Shown one piece after another: positions 52,511-64,000 of a stretch of DNA of 64,000 nt. The position numbers and the translations under genes were made by a program. The notes under the pieces were generated by a model, which was given only the letters and a program-made list of their open reading frames with translations, ran no database searches and was not told the origin of the DNA. Position 1 is the stretch's first letter, and every line of letters begins with the position of its first letter. Origin of the DNA: Eledone cirrhosa (Eukaryota); contig OZ024743.1 in assembly GCA_964016885.1 (NCBI GenBank), positions 148,738,001 to 148,802,000 on the forward strand, written 5' to 3'.

Positions 52511-54251
52511 AGTTATAGGAATAACCAAAGAGTGCTTAGAAATACATTGTTTTATTAGCTAACAGTGTTTCATCCATACACCATGGCAGGAATCATCAGA
52601 GCCTATAAACATGAGTATATCAGTAGTTGCATGCTCCATCGAGCTGCGTCACCAGAACAAGGTTAAATGACCAGCAGGGGGTCCCGAGGCCAGCGCTATA
52701 TGGGAAAAGACAGAATACATGATGCACATAATGTCATAAAATATCTTAAAAGTTTAAAAATTAAAAATTACACCAAAAATGTATCACTTAAATGGTGCAA
52801 TCTGAAAATAAAAAAAAAATAAAATAATAATAAAAAAGTACAAAAATACAGGGATAAGAAAAGAGATAAATATAAAAATACAAAACAATAAAGGAACAAA
52901 AAGCCCGGAAACGAGAGACTAATCTTTGAAGCTTGGAGCTGGTTGAATATGAATTGTGTTCCGGCTTTGATGAATTATAGAGCCACACTCAAGACAAAGT
53001 ACAGCACTGGATATTGAACTCCCGCCGACCCAGGAGGGGTCACACCCGACTGTGAATGGATTGCAACCTCCGGAGTCAATAATCTAAACGAAAACCACGT
53101 GGCGGAAATATAAATAACATAGCTGTCATTGACAGGTTTGGTTGTGAGTTCTCTCTTCTATAATAAACCCGCCTATTATTATAACAATATATGCTCATTC
53201 TGCCATATGTGATTCTGTAAGCGGAGTTTCCTGTATACACTTTTCCTCTATATGTAACGGGATTGCCATCACGATTTGTACTTACTGTGGTACAATTGTA
53301 TGCAGTGCGATACATTGGTTGAACGCCAGCTTGGACATACAGTGAATTTCACCTGGCACGTTGGATTGAGCGACCGGATGTTTTCAATTTCCTCACATCT
53401 GTGACGGCTGTATATGTGCCATACATTTCTTTAACTCGTCGTACCTTCTTTTATTTTTTATTGTAGATTTTAGGTGTATATCCCAGACCGCCTATGGTGA
53501 TAAATCCCCTGGGTATAGGTTTGGGAAAAATAGTGTTAACTCACTTAACGTTCGGAACTGGAACATATTTATATGGTTCGTAGGGTGCTGATATGATAAG
53601 GAGAATCGACCTGTTACAAGGCGATATAATTAGAGTACACCATCCCTCATATGGACTATTATAAATGTGAGACTGAATGACTGCTAACCAACTATTCTTT
53701 TCACAGACTCATGCTTGCAAACTCTCTTGATCTGCCTGTACACCCTCTTTTTGCACTGCTTGTGCTTTGATGAATCTATGCTTTGCTTTGTCTTATATTT
53801 TTTTTTTTGGGGGGGGGGGGGGGGGGTCCGGGCTTTTTGTTCCTTTATTGTTTTGTATTTTTATATTTATCTCTTTTCTTATCCCTGTATTTTTGTACGT
53901 TTATTATTATTATTTTTTTTATTAATTTCTTATTGTTTCTGATCATGCTCAGCAAAACCCTCACTCATCCCTTGCTACCCTCTCCCAACCTCTTTATCAT
54001 CTATTGCACCATTTAAGTGATAAATTTTGGGTATAAAGACATTTTATGACATTATGTGCCTCATGCATTGTCTTTTTCCATATAGCACTGGTCATTTAAC
54101 CTTGTTCTGGTGACGCAGCCCGATGGAGCATGCAACTACTGATATACTCATGTTTATAGGCTCTGATGATTCCTGCAATGGTGTATGGATGAAACACTGT
54201 TAGCTAATAAAACAATGTATTTCTAAGCACTCTTTGGTTATTCCTATAACT
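52511..54251. mobile_element. 1.74-kb element with ~400-bp inverted arms, each carrying a hammerhead (PLE-like)
   Basis: 52511-52909 is inverted relative to 53827-54251. TA tracts lie directly to the left and ~110 bp to the right. Confidence 0.8.
54153..54211 (+). ncRNA. Type-I hammerhead ribozyme motif with intact core
   Basis: TTTATAGGCT-CTGATGA-TTCC...GGAT-GAAAC ACT GTT-AGCTAATAAA. A mirror copy lies on the minus strand at ~52551-52609. Confidence 0.72.
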
Positions 54252-54427
54252 ATAACGGATCTGTAGTATACTAGTTATCCTACATTGAGCTAAAACCACA
54301 CTGTCATACCAAGGGCAATATATCTACATGTCTGGGCATATTGATATATTTGTCAACGAAATATATATATACATATATATATACACACATATATATATAC
54401 ATATATATATATATACATATACTAGTG

Positions 54428-54637
54428 AAGGCGTGTGGCCGAGTGGTTAGAGAATTGGATTCCTAATCGTGAGGTTGTAAGTTCGATTCCCGGACCGGGT
54501 GATGTGTTATGTCCTTGAGCAAGACACTTTATTTCACGTTGCTCCTACCTGGAGTTGCGACCGATAGAGAGTACTAGCAATTGGAAAGACCAACGGAAAC
54601 ATTGTTTCCTCGGTCCGATTTGACGAAAGTCGATCGA
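54428..54637 (+). mobile_element. Short CORE-type SINE (copy of 8346-8556)
   Basis: Same head, CORE and tail. Confidence 0.82.
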
Positions 54638-54643
54638 CTGTCG

Positions 54644-54674
<31 letters not shown>

Positions 54675-57574
54675 TACATATGTTATTTCAAAGCTCTTTT
54701 ACCATGTGTGTTCTATAAGCACACACACACACACCCACAGGCACACTTACATAGCTAAATGTCACAAATGAATAATTGTTTCTACTTTTGGCACAAGGCC
54801 AGCAATTTCCCAGTGCATTACTGGTACTTTATTTTATCGACCCCGTAAGGATGAAAGGCAAAGTCACAAATGAATAATGCTGTATATTTTTGTTTGGGCA
54901 ATGTGCCAGTGTGTGTAGGGTGTGTGAAGATGTGGTAAACAAGGTGATACAGTTTGTTATATAATACACTTAGGTGGCATCTTATCACTTCTTTCATTTC
55001 CTTTATGCATTTAACCTCATAGACATAAAAAGACAGCTGTTCTCTAAAAACAAAACAATCCCTGAACATTTCAGTGGTGGGGATGGAGTCAAGAAGGGGT
55101 GGGGGTTCAAGCACCCACAAAAAGTCCCCTTTTCAATGAGCTTGTTGTAGGATGGGGTGGTGGATAAAGCAAAGAAGGAAAAGGAGAAGATTTGTAATGA
55201 TGATAATAAAGAGGATAGTGAGGGAGAGGAGGCAGAAGAAGAGAAGGAGGAGAGTTAAAGGAAAACAAGTCTATGGTGTTGGGGGTGATGACGATTATGG
55301 TAGCAGGAAAACAGAATAAAAAGGAGGATTGAAATACAAGGTTTTAATTTAGGCACAAGGCCAACAATTCGGAGGGGAGGAATAAGATTGAATCGACTGC
55401 CATTGGTACTTTATTTTATCAGCAATGGATGAATGAAAGGTAAAATTTTCTTTGGCAAGCTTAGCTTTGAATCCAGAACATAAAGTGCTACAACTAAATA
55501 CTGCTAGTTATTTTGTCTGAGACACCGACATTTCTGTTAAACTATTGCCCTTATAATAATTTCTAACATAGGCTCAAACCCACTAATTCAAGGAAAGGGG
55601 TATAATTTGATCAATTTAAGTAGCATGTATATTTGAGTGAGGTGGTGAATTTACAGAGTTGTAAAACATTGAATAGAATACTTTTCAATATTCTGCACTG
55701 AGTTCAAAAATTGTCAAGATCAATGTTGATTTCATCCTTTAGAGATAGATAAAAAAAAACCCAGGTTGATTCTTTCTCTATATCCCTTTTTCATTTACTT
55801 CTTGTCTGGAAGAAATCAGCTGGGAATTGAGTGTGTCCTTGGCCAGGCTGGGAAGACAATGATGTAAGAAGGTGTTATAAGATGAGAGTCATCTTTCTTT
55901 TTTTTTGGGGGGGGGGGGGGGGTATATTTTACTAACTGTGAGTTTGGAGGTTTCATTCCACAGTGGAACAGCAAGTGGTATATTGTTGGTGTGGTCTTGA
56001 AGACAGCAAGTGAGATTATATTTTGGAGCATACCTAGATTGTTGGCCTGAGCTGGGCTTGGAAGTGGAATTGAGGATGTTGGTGGGGGATCACATTGTAG
56101 GGAAGAGTGCATTCATATTTTCATGCTAACATGGATTGGATGATGAAGGATATATTTGGAGGGAGAGAATTAAGGTGAAGGGAAGCCTGGGAGAGGATTA
56201 TCTGTCTTTCCATACTGGTATAGGGTGGCCAATAAACGATGTGAGTAGTGGAGAACTAAATTGGTGGAAGCCTAAGTTGTGGGGGGACTATACTGTCATA
56301 GGAAAGGGGGATGAGGGACTGACGTTCGGGAGGCCTAAAGATCGTGGGTGGACTAGATGATAAAGGAAGATTAAGGTGGGGAAAGGTAGATGGAGACCTC
56401 TTTGTGTTGTCATTTACCATCTTTTTTATGTTCATTTCATCCTGTTCATATGAGAAATTGAGTATTCTGTAGTACTGCATGTCTCCAGTCAACTCTATCC
56501 TGTGTCATTACTTTCATGAGATTCAATTGTGTGAGGCCAGCTTTCACCACATATTCCCAAGTTCTCTTAGGTCTACCTCTTCCAAAAGTTTCTCTCATCT
56601 TGAAGTGCCCTGCATTTCTTTATGAAGTGGTCATTCTCCATACACATCAACTGCTCATTCGATTTCAGTCTCCTCTCCTGCATACTGCATCTAATCCTTC
56701 TTATGCCCAATCCTTCTTATGCCCAGTATTTTGTTAGAGATGCCTACTGGCTGTAGTAGGTTTTACTATGTATTTAGGTAAGGTATATATATAGTTATTA
56801 AGTGGCACTAACATGCTGGAAGTGGGCTGTAACAGGATTTGAACTCAATATGTAAAGGAATAGAGCTAAATATTGCAACACATTTCATTTTATGCTCCAT
56901 CGATTCTGATAAACAAATAATAATAATAATTATTATTATTATTATTATTAAAAGAAGACAATGAGAAGGAGCGGGGGGGGGAGGCAGAGGAGATGATGAG
57001 GAGGAGGAGGAGGGGGGATTAACAACAACAAGTTGGGAGAAAGTAATACTTTGTTAAAATTAATCTTAGAATCTAAGTAAACTCACCACCACTGCCACAA
57101 CTATAACTTATCACAACACCCACCCTCACACTTGTATTTACAAGTTCAATACTAGTTTGAATTGTGTTAATGCTTTTTTATATTCTAATTGAAGCACATC
57201 AGATATATTTAGATATTGCAGTATATATATATATTTCTAAATACCCGTTATTTTAACTGATGCTGTTGGCCTTTTACTTAAAAATATAAAGTTTGTACAA
57301 AAGAGTTTATTGTTTTAAGACATGTTGCTTGCTGTAAACTTAATAAAATATTACTTTTGCTTTTTGATTTTGTTTGTTTGTAGTTTATTCATATCTAACT
57401 TTGGTTTTGCTTTTAGTGTTATTGTTGACATTGTTGATATTATTATCATTATTAATTTCTTTTATTTCTGATAGTTTTGATCTTGAAATAAACATGTAGT
57501 TTAAACTTTCATATATTTAGTGTATTTATCACTGCTGCTGTGGCTACACTCACTGCTACTGATATCAACAACAA

Positions 57575-57793
57575 TATTGGTTTCTGATTTAGGCACAAGG
57601 CCAACAATTTGGGGGGAAGAGAAAGTCGATTAAATTTATCCCAATTCATTACTGGTACTTTATTTTATCGACCCCATAAGGGGGAAAGGCAAAGCTAACC
57701 TTGACAGGATTTGAACTCAAATCGTAAAGGGACGTAACCCTATGCCATAAAGCATATTGTCTGACACTCGACCAATACTGCCAATCTACTGCC
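57575..57793 (-). mobile_element. Meta-like SINE
   Basis: RC of the SINE consensus, longer subfamily. Confidence 0.82.
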
Positions 57794-58414
57794 CTACTAT
57801 CAACAACAATAATGATAATTCTTTCTAGCATTGGCACAAGACAAGCAATTTGCGGGAGGGAAAGCAAAAACACAATTGACCCCAGTATTTAACTGGCATT
57901 TTATTTGATCGATACTGGAAGGATAGAAGTTGATCTGAAATGTAAAGAGTCATAACTAAATGCCATTAAGCATTTTTCTGCCACTCTAACCATTCTGCTA
58001 ATCCAACAATAATCATTACAATAATTGTTTCTAACATAGATAAAAGTCTAGAAATTTAGTGTAAGCGTTAGTCAATTAAATCAGCCCAAATTTTTGATGG
58101 GCCATATATTTTTTTGACCCCAGAAGTATGAAAATATTTAAGCTCAATACTACAGATTACAGGGCATTTTGTCTGAAGCTTGAATGGTTCTGCAAATCTA
58201 CTGCTATTATGGCAGTAGATTAGCAAATAATAATAATGATTACTTTTATTGGTGACAAGGGGGAGCAAAACCTAACACTAATAATAACAATTGTTTCTAA
58301 TTTAGACACAAGGTCACAGTTCTGAGGGAAGAAAGATAAAATCACCCTAAGAAATATTGCTGTTTCTCATGTTTATGCTACTACTACTGGCAATACTAGT
58401 ATAATTATAATTAT

Positions 58415-58860
58415 CTATCTAAGGCGGGTAAAATTCCCGAGATCCATGGACGAGTTCTCTCCAGCGGTCTCTGTCCCTCATTATCGCTGCCATGTCCTGC
58501 ATCTCCAACACACCAGTGTCTGTCATTAGTGCATCAACATACGTTAACCTTGGTCTTTCTCTTCTAGTGTGCCCATGTAGGGGCTCCCACAGGAGATCGG
58601 TGTGGAAGTCGGACCTTCGTAAAGACCTGAAAGTCCGCCTCTTCATTGCTGTAGTGGAGTCTGTGCTGCTGTATGGGTCTGAGACTTGGACACTGACCAA
58701 GAAACTCACTCAGATGGTGGATGGGTGGAACACGAGAATGCTGAGGATGGCTCTGAACATTAATCAGTATACACTGAGGATGAAAAACTCAGAGCTGTAT
58801 GGGAGCATCCCAAAAGTCAGCTCAAAAGTGACACAGAGGAGACTGACATCCAGAGTTGAC
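58415..58860 (-). mobile_element. 5'-inverted LINE insertion (RTE-X/RTE-like RT C-terminus)
   Basis: The minus part 58415-58598 reads LLWEPLHGHTRRERPRLTYVD...DRDRWR. The plus part 58599-58845 reads KVRLFIAVVESVLLYGSETWTLT. Candidate TSD ATTATAATTAT (58404-58414, 58861-58871). Confidence 0.8.
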
Positions 58861-58885
58861 ATTATAATTATTATTATTATTATTT

Positions 58886-59783
58886 GTGGTGGATAGACAG
58901 TATTGTTAGAGCATCAGACACCATGCTTTGCAGCATAGAGTTATGGCCCTTTATGATCTGAGTTCAAATGCCACCGAGGTTAACTTTGCCTTTCATCCTT
59001 ATGGGGTCAATAAAATAAAGTACAAGTCACGCACTAGGGTCGATTTAATTGACTTTCCCCTTCCCCAAAATTGCTGGTCTTGTGCCTATATAAGAAACCA
59101 TTATTATTATTATTATTTCTGGTGGATTGACAGTATCGGTAGAGCATTGGCACCATGCTTTGCTGCATAGAGTTACCGCCCTTTAAGGTCTGAGTTCAAA
59201 TCCCACCTTGGTTAGCTTTGCCTTTCATCTTTATGAGGTTGATAAAATAAAGCACCAGTAATGCACTGGGGGTCAATTTAATTGACTTTCCCATCTTCAA
59301 AAATTGCTGGTATTTTGCCTAATGTAAAAATGTTTATTATTATTATAATTATTATTTTGGCAGTATCAGTAGAGCATCAGAAAATACACTTTGTGGCATA
59401 TAATTGCATACATTTGTAGTCTGAGTTCAAATTCCACCAAGGTCAGCTTTGCTTTTCATCCTTATGGGATCAATAAAATAAAGTACCAGTAATGCACTGG
59501 ATTCGATTTAAATGACTTTCCACTTCCCTTCAAATTACTGGCTTTGTGCCAAATGTAGAAACAATTATTATTATTGTCAATTCCATTAGGGTGGTGGTGG
59601 TCTGGCAGTATCGGTAGAGGGTCGGACAACATGCTTTGTAGCACAGAGTTACGCCCCTTTCTGATCTGAGTTCAAATCCTGCTGAGGTTAACTTTGCCTT
59701 TCATCCTTACGGGGTCGATAAAATAAAGTACCAGTAATGCACTGGGTAATTGCTGGCCTTGTGCCAAAAGTAGAAACAATTAT
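58886..59783 (+). mobile_element. Four head-to-tail Meta-like SINE copies
   Basis: Copies at ~58886-59100, 59119-59335, 59358-59568 and 59592-59783, separated by (TTA)n. Confidence 0.85.
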
Positions 59784-60634
59784 TGTCAATTCCATTGTTA
59801 ATATGATCAGCAGTTAATATGATCACCACCACTAGCTCCATATTTTCATCCTCTCTTCCTCTTCCCCCCATCACCGTCATTATTGCCAATATTATTCAAA
59901 CAGTGGGAAGAAGAGATTGGACAGGATACTGTAGAAGTCTATACCAACAATTACTGTTTAAACAAAATCTATTGATAAATATGACATTCTATTAATAAAT
60001 ATAAATATATACACGCATATATATAATGTGAAAATACTTGTAAAGGCAAAAATTTAACAAATATTTAATAAATATAAATGTCATATATACAGACAAAAAT
60101 CAAAATTTAACAATAAAACAAAAATAACAACTATTAAAAACGAAAATTTATTTAATTTATTTCAAGTCAGAAGAATAGGAAAACTCAATCCGAGATATTT
60201 TTGCTACTATAATAATTAATGTAAAAATTAGATAAAATTTTAAAACAAAAGCCAAAATAAAACAAAATATTTAAAAAGAAAAAAGTTAAAAGTAACATGG
60301 ATGGGTTGAAAACTATATATTTATATATTGTTTAGATACTTTTTTTTATTGTTATATTTCATTTATCTGCAGTTTGTAGATTCCTCACAAAATAATATTT
60401 TCTTAATTTTTGTTGCATCAATTTCCCCAAAATTTATTCAATGAGAGTTCTATTGTTTCTATTACTATTATTATTATTATTTCTATTATTATCATTGCTG
60501 TTATTATTATTATTATTATTATTATTTTATTATTATCATTACTATTATTATTACAATCATCATCATCAAAAATAAGATGTTCTAATATATTATTGTTTTA
60601 TTACACTCAAATTTATAGTTATAAACACACACAC

Positions 60635-60672
<38 letters not shown>

Positions 60673-60832
60673 GTTCGTGTGTGTGTGAGTGTGTATGTGT
60701 GTATGTATATATATATATAACTGTATTAAAACTATTTCAAAACAAAGTGGAAAAGACAAATGTATAATAGAAGTGAAGAAAAGTTCTTCTAAATTAAAAA
60801 ATATACAAGTTGTATATATATATATATATGTA

Positions 60833-60882
<50 letters not shown>

Positions 60883-60982
60883 TAATATATATATATATAT
60901 AATATACATGTATATATATAATATATATAATATACATGTATGTATATATATATAAAATATAATATACATGTATGTATATATA

Positions 60983-62715
60983 TCATCATCATCATCATCA
61001 TCATCGTTTAACGTCCGTGTTCCACGCTTGCATGGGTTTGGACGGGGGTTTTCCCACTTGAGGCAAGAGTGATTGTCTTGCTCGCATAGGACTGTCTGGC
61101 AGGTTTTCTACAGTTGGATGCCCTTCCTAACACCAACCACATTTACAGTGTGGGTCTGGGAGGTTTTTACCGTGTTGCCTACACGGCCACATTACAACGT
61201 GGACTGTGTGTTTTTTTGTCGTGACACCTACACGATCTCATTTGTTTCGGCCTGGATGGTGTGGCACCAACATAACTTTACATAGAGGGGGCGGTGTGGA
61301 TGGGGTGGGGGTGGTGGGACGGGGGTGTATTTTGTTAGAGATGCCTACTGACTGTAGTAGGTTTTACTTTGTATTTAGGTAAGGCGGGTCTTCTCTATTA
61401 CTGAGTACCGCCAAAGGTCTCGGTCCAGTGACATTGTCTTGGTGAGGTGTAACTGTGTGAGGTCGGAGTTTATCAGCTCGTCCCAGGTTTTTCTGGGTCT
61501 GCCTATTCCGTGGCTACCGTCTATCTTTATTGCCCTGCACTTTGTTATACAGCTATCGTCCTTCATGCGCATCACGTGACCATACTAACGTAGCCTTCTC
61601 TCTAGTAAACAACATCTGATCCCTCTTATTTCTAATTTTTTCCTTAGTTCGTTTATGCTTTGTCGTTCACGTATATTACTATTACACATCCAGCGGAGCA
61701 TGCAAGCTTCGTTTCTCTCTAGTCTGCGTATATCCTCTGCACACAATGCCCAGGTCTCACTGCCATGCAACATTGCTGTTCGTATGCAGGCATCGTACAA
61801 CCTGCCTTTCATTTTTAGGGAGAACCCTTTAGCGGCTAATAGTGGTATAAGCTCTCTGAACTTTCTCCACCCAGTTCTGACTCTAGCTACTGTACTTTCA
61901 GAGCACCCTCCCCCACTGCTGATTTTGTCACCCAGGTAACGGAAGCCGTCCACTATTTCTATAGAACCCTCTGCGCAGTTGAAAGAGCTAGTATTTTGTG
62001 GGCACTTGCTGCTACTTATTGCCCCAGAACACCGGCCACATGTAAAATCTATGTTCTTAGTTAGCTTACCTGTGATCCCACTACATCTTTTATGAACCCA
62101 AACTTTGCATTTGGGACACAAAATGGAATTTCTACCTACGCCTTTCCTACACTCTGCGCATGGCCACTTCCCGGAGGGAACCGCCGCCTTATTTTCTTTC
62201 TTACAAACTAGAACTTTAGTCTTAGCCAGGTTAATTTTAAGGCCTTTTGATTCTAGCCCGTGCTTCCAAGTTTGGAATTTCTTCTCTAGCTCGGCCATTG
62301 ATTCAGCTATGAGCGTTAGATCATCTGCGTATAGGAGTTCCCATGGGCAGCCGGTCTTGAACTCCACTGTTATAGCCTGGAGGGCAATAATAAATAGTAG
62401 GGGGCTAAGAACAGAGCCCTGATGAACACCAACTTTTACACTAAACTCTTCACTATATTCGTTGTTAATTCTAACCTTGCTGACTGTTTCTTTATACATG
62501 GCTTGTATAGCTCTCACAAGCCATTCATCGACACCTAGTTTTCTAAGAGCCCACCAGATAATGGAATGGGGGACTCTGTCGAAGGCCTTCTCCAAGTCGA
62601 CGAAAGCTAAGTATAGGAGTTTACTTTTAGCTAGGTACTTCTCCTGTAGTTGTCGTACAATGAAAAGAGCGTCTGTGGTACTTTTTCCTGACACAAACTC
62701 GAACTGCATTTCATC
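60983..62715 (-). mobile_element. 5'-truncated RTE-clade LINE (RT, PHD-like finger, 3'UTR, (GAT)n tail)
   Basis: Clear RT ORF, 3'UTR shared with many fragments in the window, embedded between TA tracts. Confidence 0.95.
61375..62709 (-). pseudogene. Reverse transcriptase ORF remnant (one in-frame stop at 61585)
   Basis: STTDALF, AFVDLEKAFDRVP, GVHQGSVLSPLLF, LLYADD, FRYLG, LHGSETW and GRPRKTW. Confidence 0.93.
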
Positions 62716-62753
62716 TAGATCAATTCGATATATATATATATATTATATATATG

Positions 62754-62816
<63 letters not shown>

Positions 62817-62837
62817 CATGTATATTATATATATTAC

Positions 62838-62890
<53 letters not shown>

Positions 62891-63450
62891 CATGTATATC
62901 TATCATCATCATCATCATCATCATCATCTTCGGTTAATGCCCATCTTCCATGCTAGCAAGGGTTATATAAATTATATATAATATATATGTATATATATAT
63001 ATATGTATATATAATATGTATATATAATATATATGTATATATAATATATATAATATATATGTATGTATATATATACATATAATATGCATGACATATGTGT
63101 ATGTATATATATATATATATATAATATATATAATATATATGTATGTATATATATATATAATATATATGTATGTATATATATATATATATAATATATGTGT
63201 ATGTATATATATATATAGTATATATTATATATATGTATGTATATATATATAATATATATGTATGTATATATATATATATATAATATATGTGTGTATATGT
63301 ATAATATATATGTGTGTATATATAATATATATCTGTGTATATATATAATATATATGTATGTATATATATATAATATATATGTATGTATATATATATCTAA
63401 TATATATGTAGGTATATATATATATAATATATATATACATATATATAATT

Positions 63451-63846
63451 CCTAAATACATAGTAAAACCTACTACAGCCAGTAGGCATCTCTAACAAAA
63501 TACACCCCCGTCCCACCACCCACACCCCCATCCACACCACCCCCTCCTATGTAAAGTTATGTTGGTGCCACAACATCCAGGCCGAAACAAATGAGATCGT
63601 GTAGGTGTCACGACAAAAAAACACACAGTCCACGCTGTAATGTGGCCATGTAGGCAACACGGTAAAAACCTCCCAGACCCACACTGTAAATGTGGTTGGT
63701 GTTAGGAAGGGCATCCAACTGTAGAAAACCTGCCAGACAGTCCTATGCGAGCAAGACAATCACTCTTGCCTCAAGTGGGACTACCCCCGTCCAAACCCAT
63801 GCAAGCGTGGAACACAGACGTTAAACGTTGATGATGATGATGATGA
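63451..63846 (+). mobile_element. RTE LINE 3'UTR copy, inverted relative to 60983-61380
   Basis: Near-identical sequence with a (GAT)n tail. Confidence 0.9.
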
Positions 63847-63936
63847 TAATATATATGTATGTATATATATATATAGATGTAATATATTTGTATGTATATA
63901 TATAATATATATATACATATATATAATATATATATG

Positions 63937-63971
<35 letters not shown>

Positions 63972-64000
63972 GAAATATATATGTATGTATATATATATAT

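Noticed and set aside
61287-61328. G-run cluster (potential G-quadruplex)
   Set aside because: It is part of the RTE 3' UTR, antisense to the LINE RNA and variable between copies, with no evidence of function.

Overview
This is AT-rich animal genomic DNA, most likely from an octopod cephalopod. That assignment is an inference from the tRNA-derived CORE- and Meta-domain SINEs, RTE LINEs with (GAT)n tails, a Dong/R4 LINE and very long (TA)n tracts. No host protein-coding gene can be supported, and most listed ORFs are microsatellite artefacts. The window is a patchwork of transposon relics: a decayed hAT (GTF2IRD2/SPIN-like) transposon, hAT and piggyBac-type MITEs, a mariner 5' fragment, a Chapaev3-like transposase relic, Helitron-like non-autonomous elements, a solo LTR, RTE, R4/Dong, RTE-X-like and CRE-like LINE fragments, and many SINEs. 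The main signal not shown by the ORF track is at least 11 loci, from several sequence families, carrying type-I minimal hammerhead ribozyme (HHR) motifs. Most have palindromic loop 3 sequences, many are followed by a poly(A) signal, some use variant cores (U3-A8, C4), and most sit in or beside (TA)n tracts, often as inverted or fold-back duplications. This matches Penelope-like element (PLE) pseudo-LTR ends, yet no recognisable PLE RT is present. The largest example (52511-54251) has ~400-bp inverted HHR-bearing arms around an unidentified, possibly coding core. All structure calls were made by eye.
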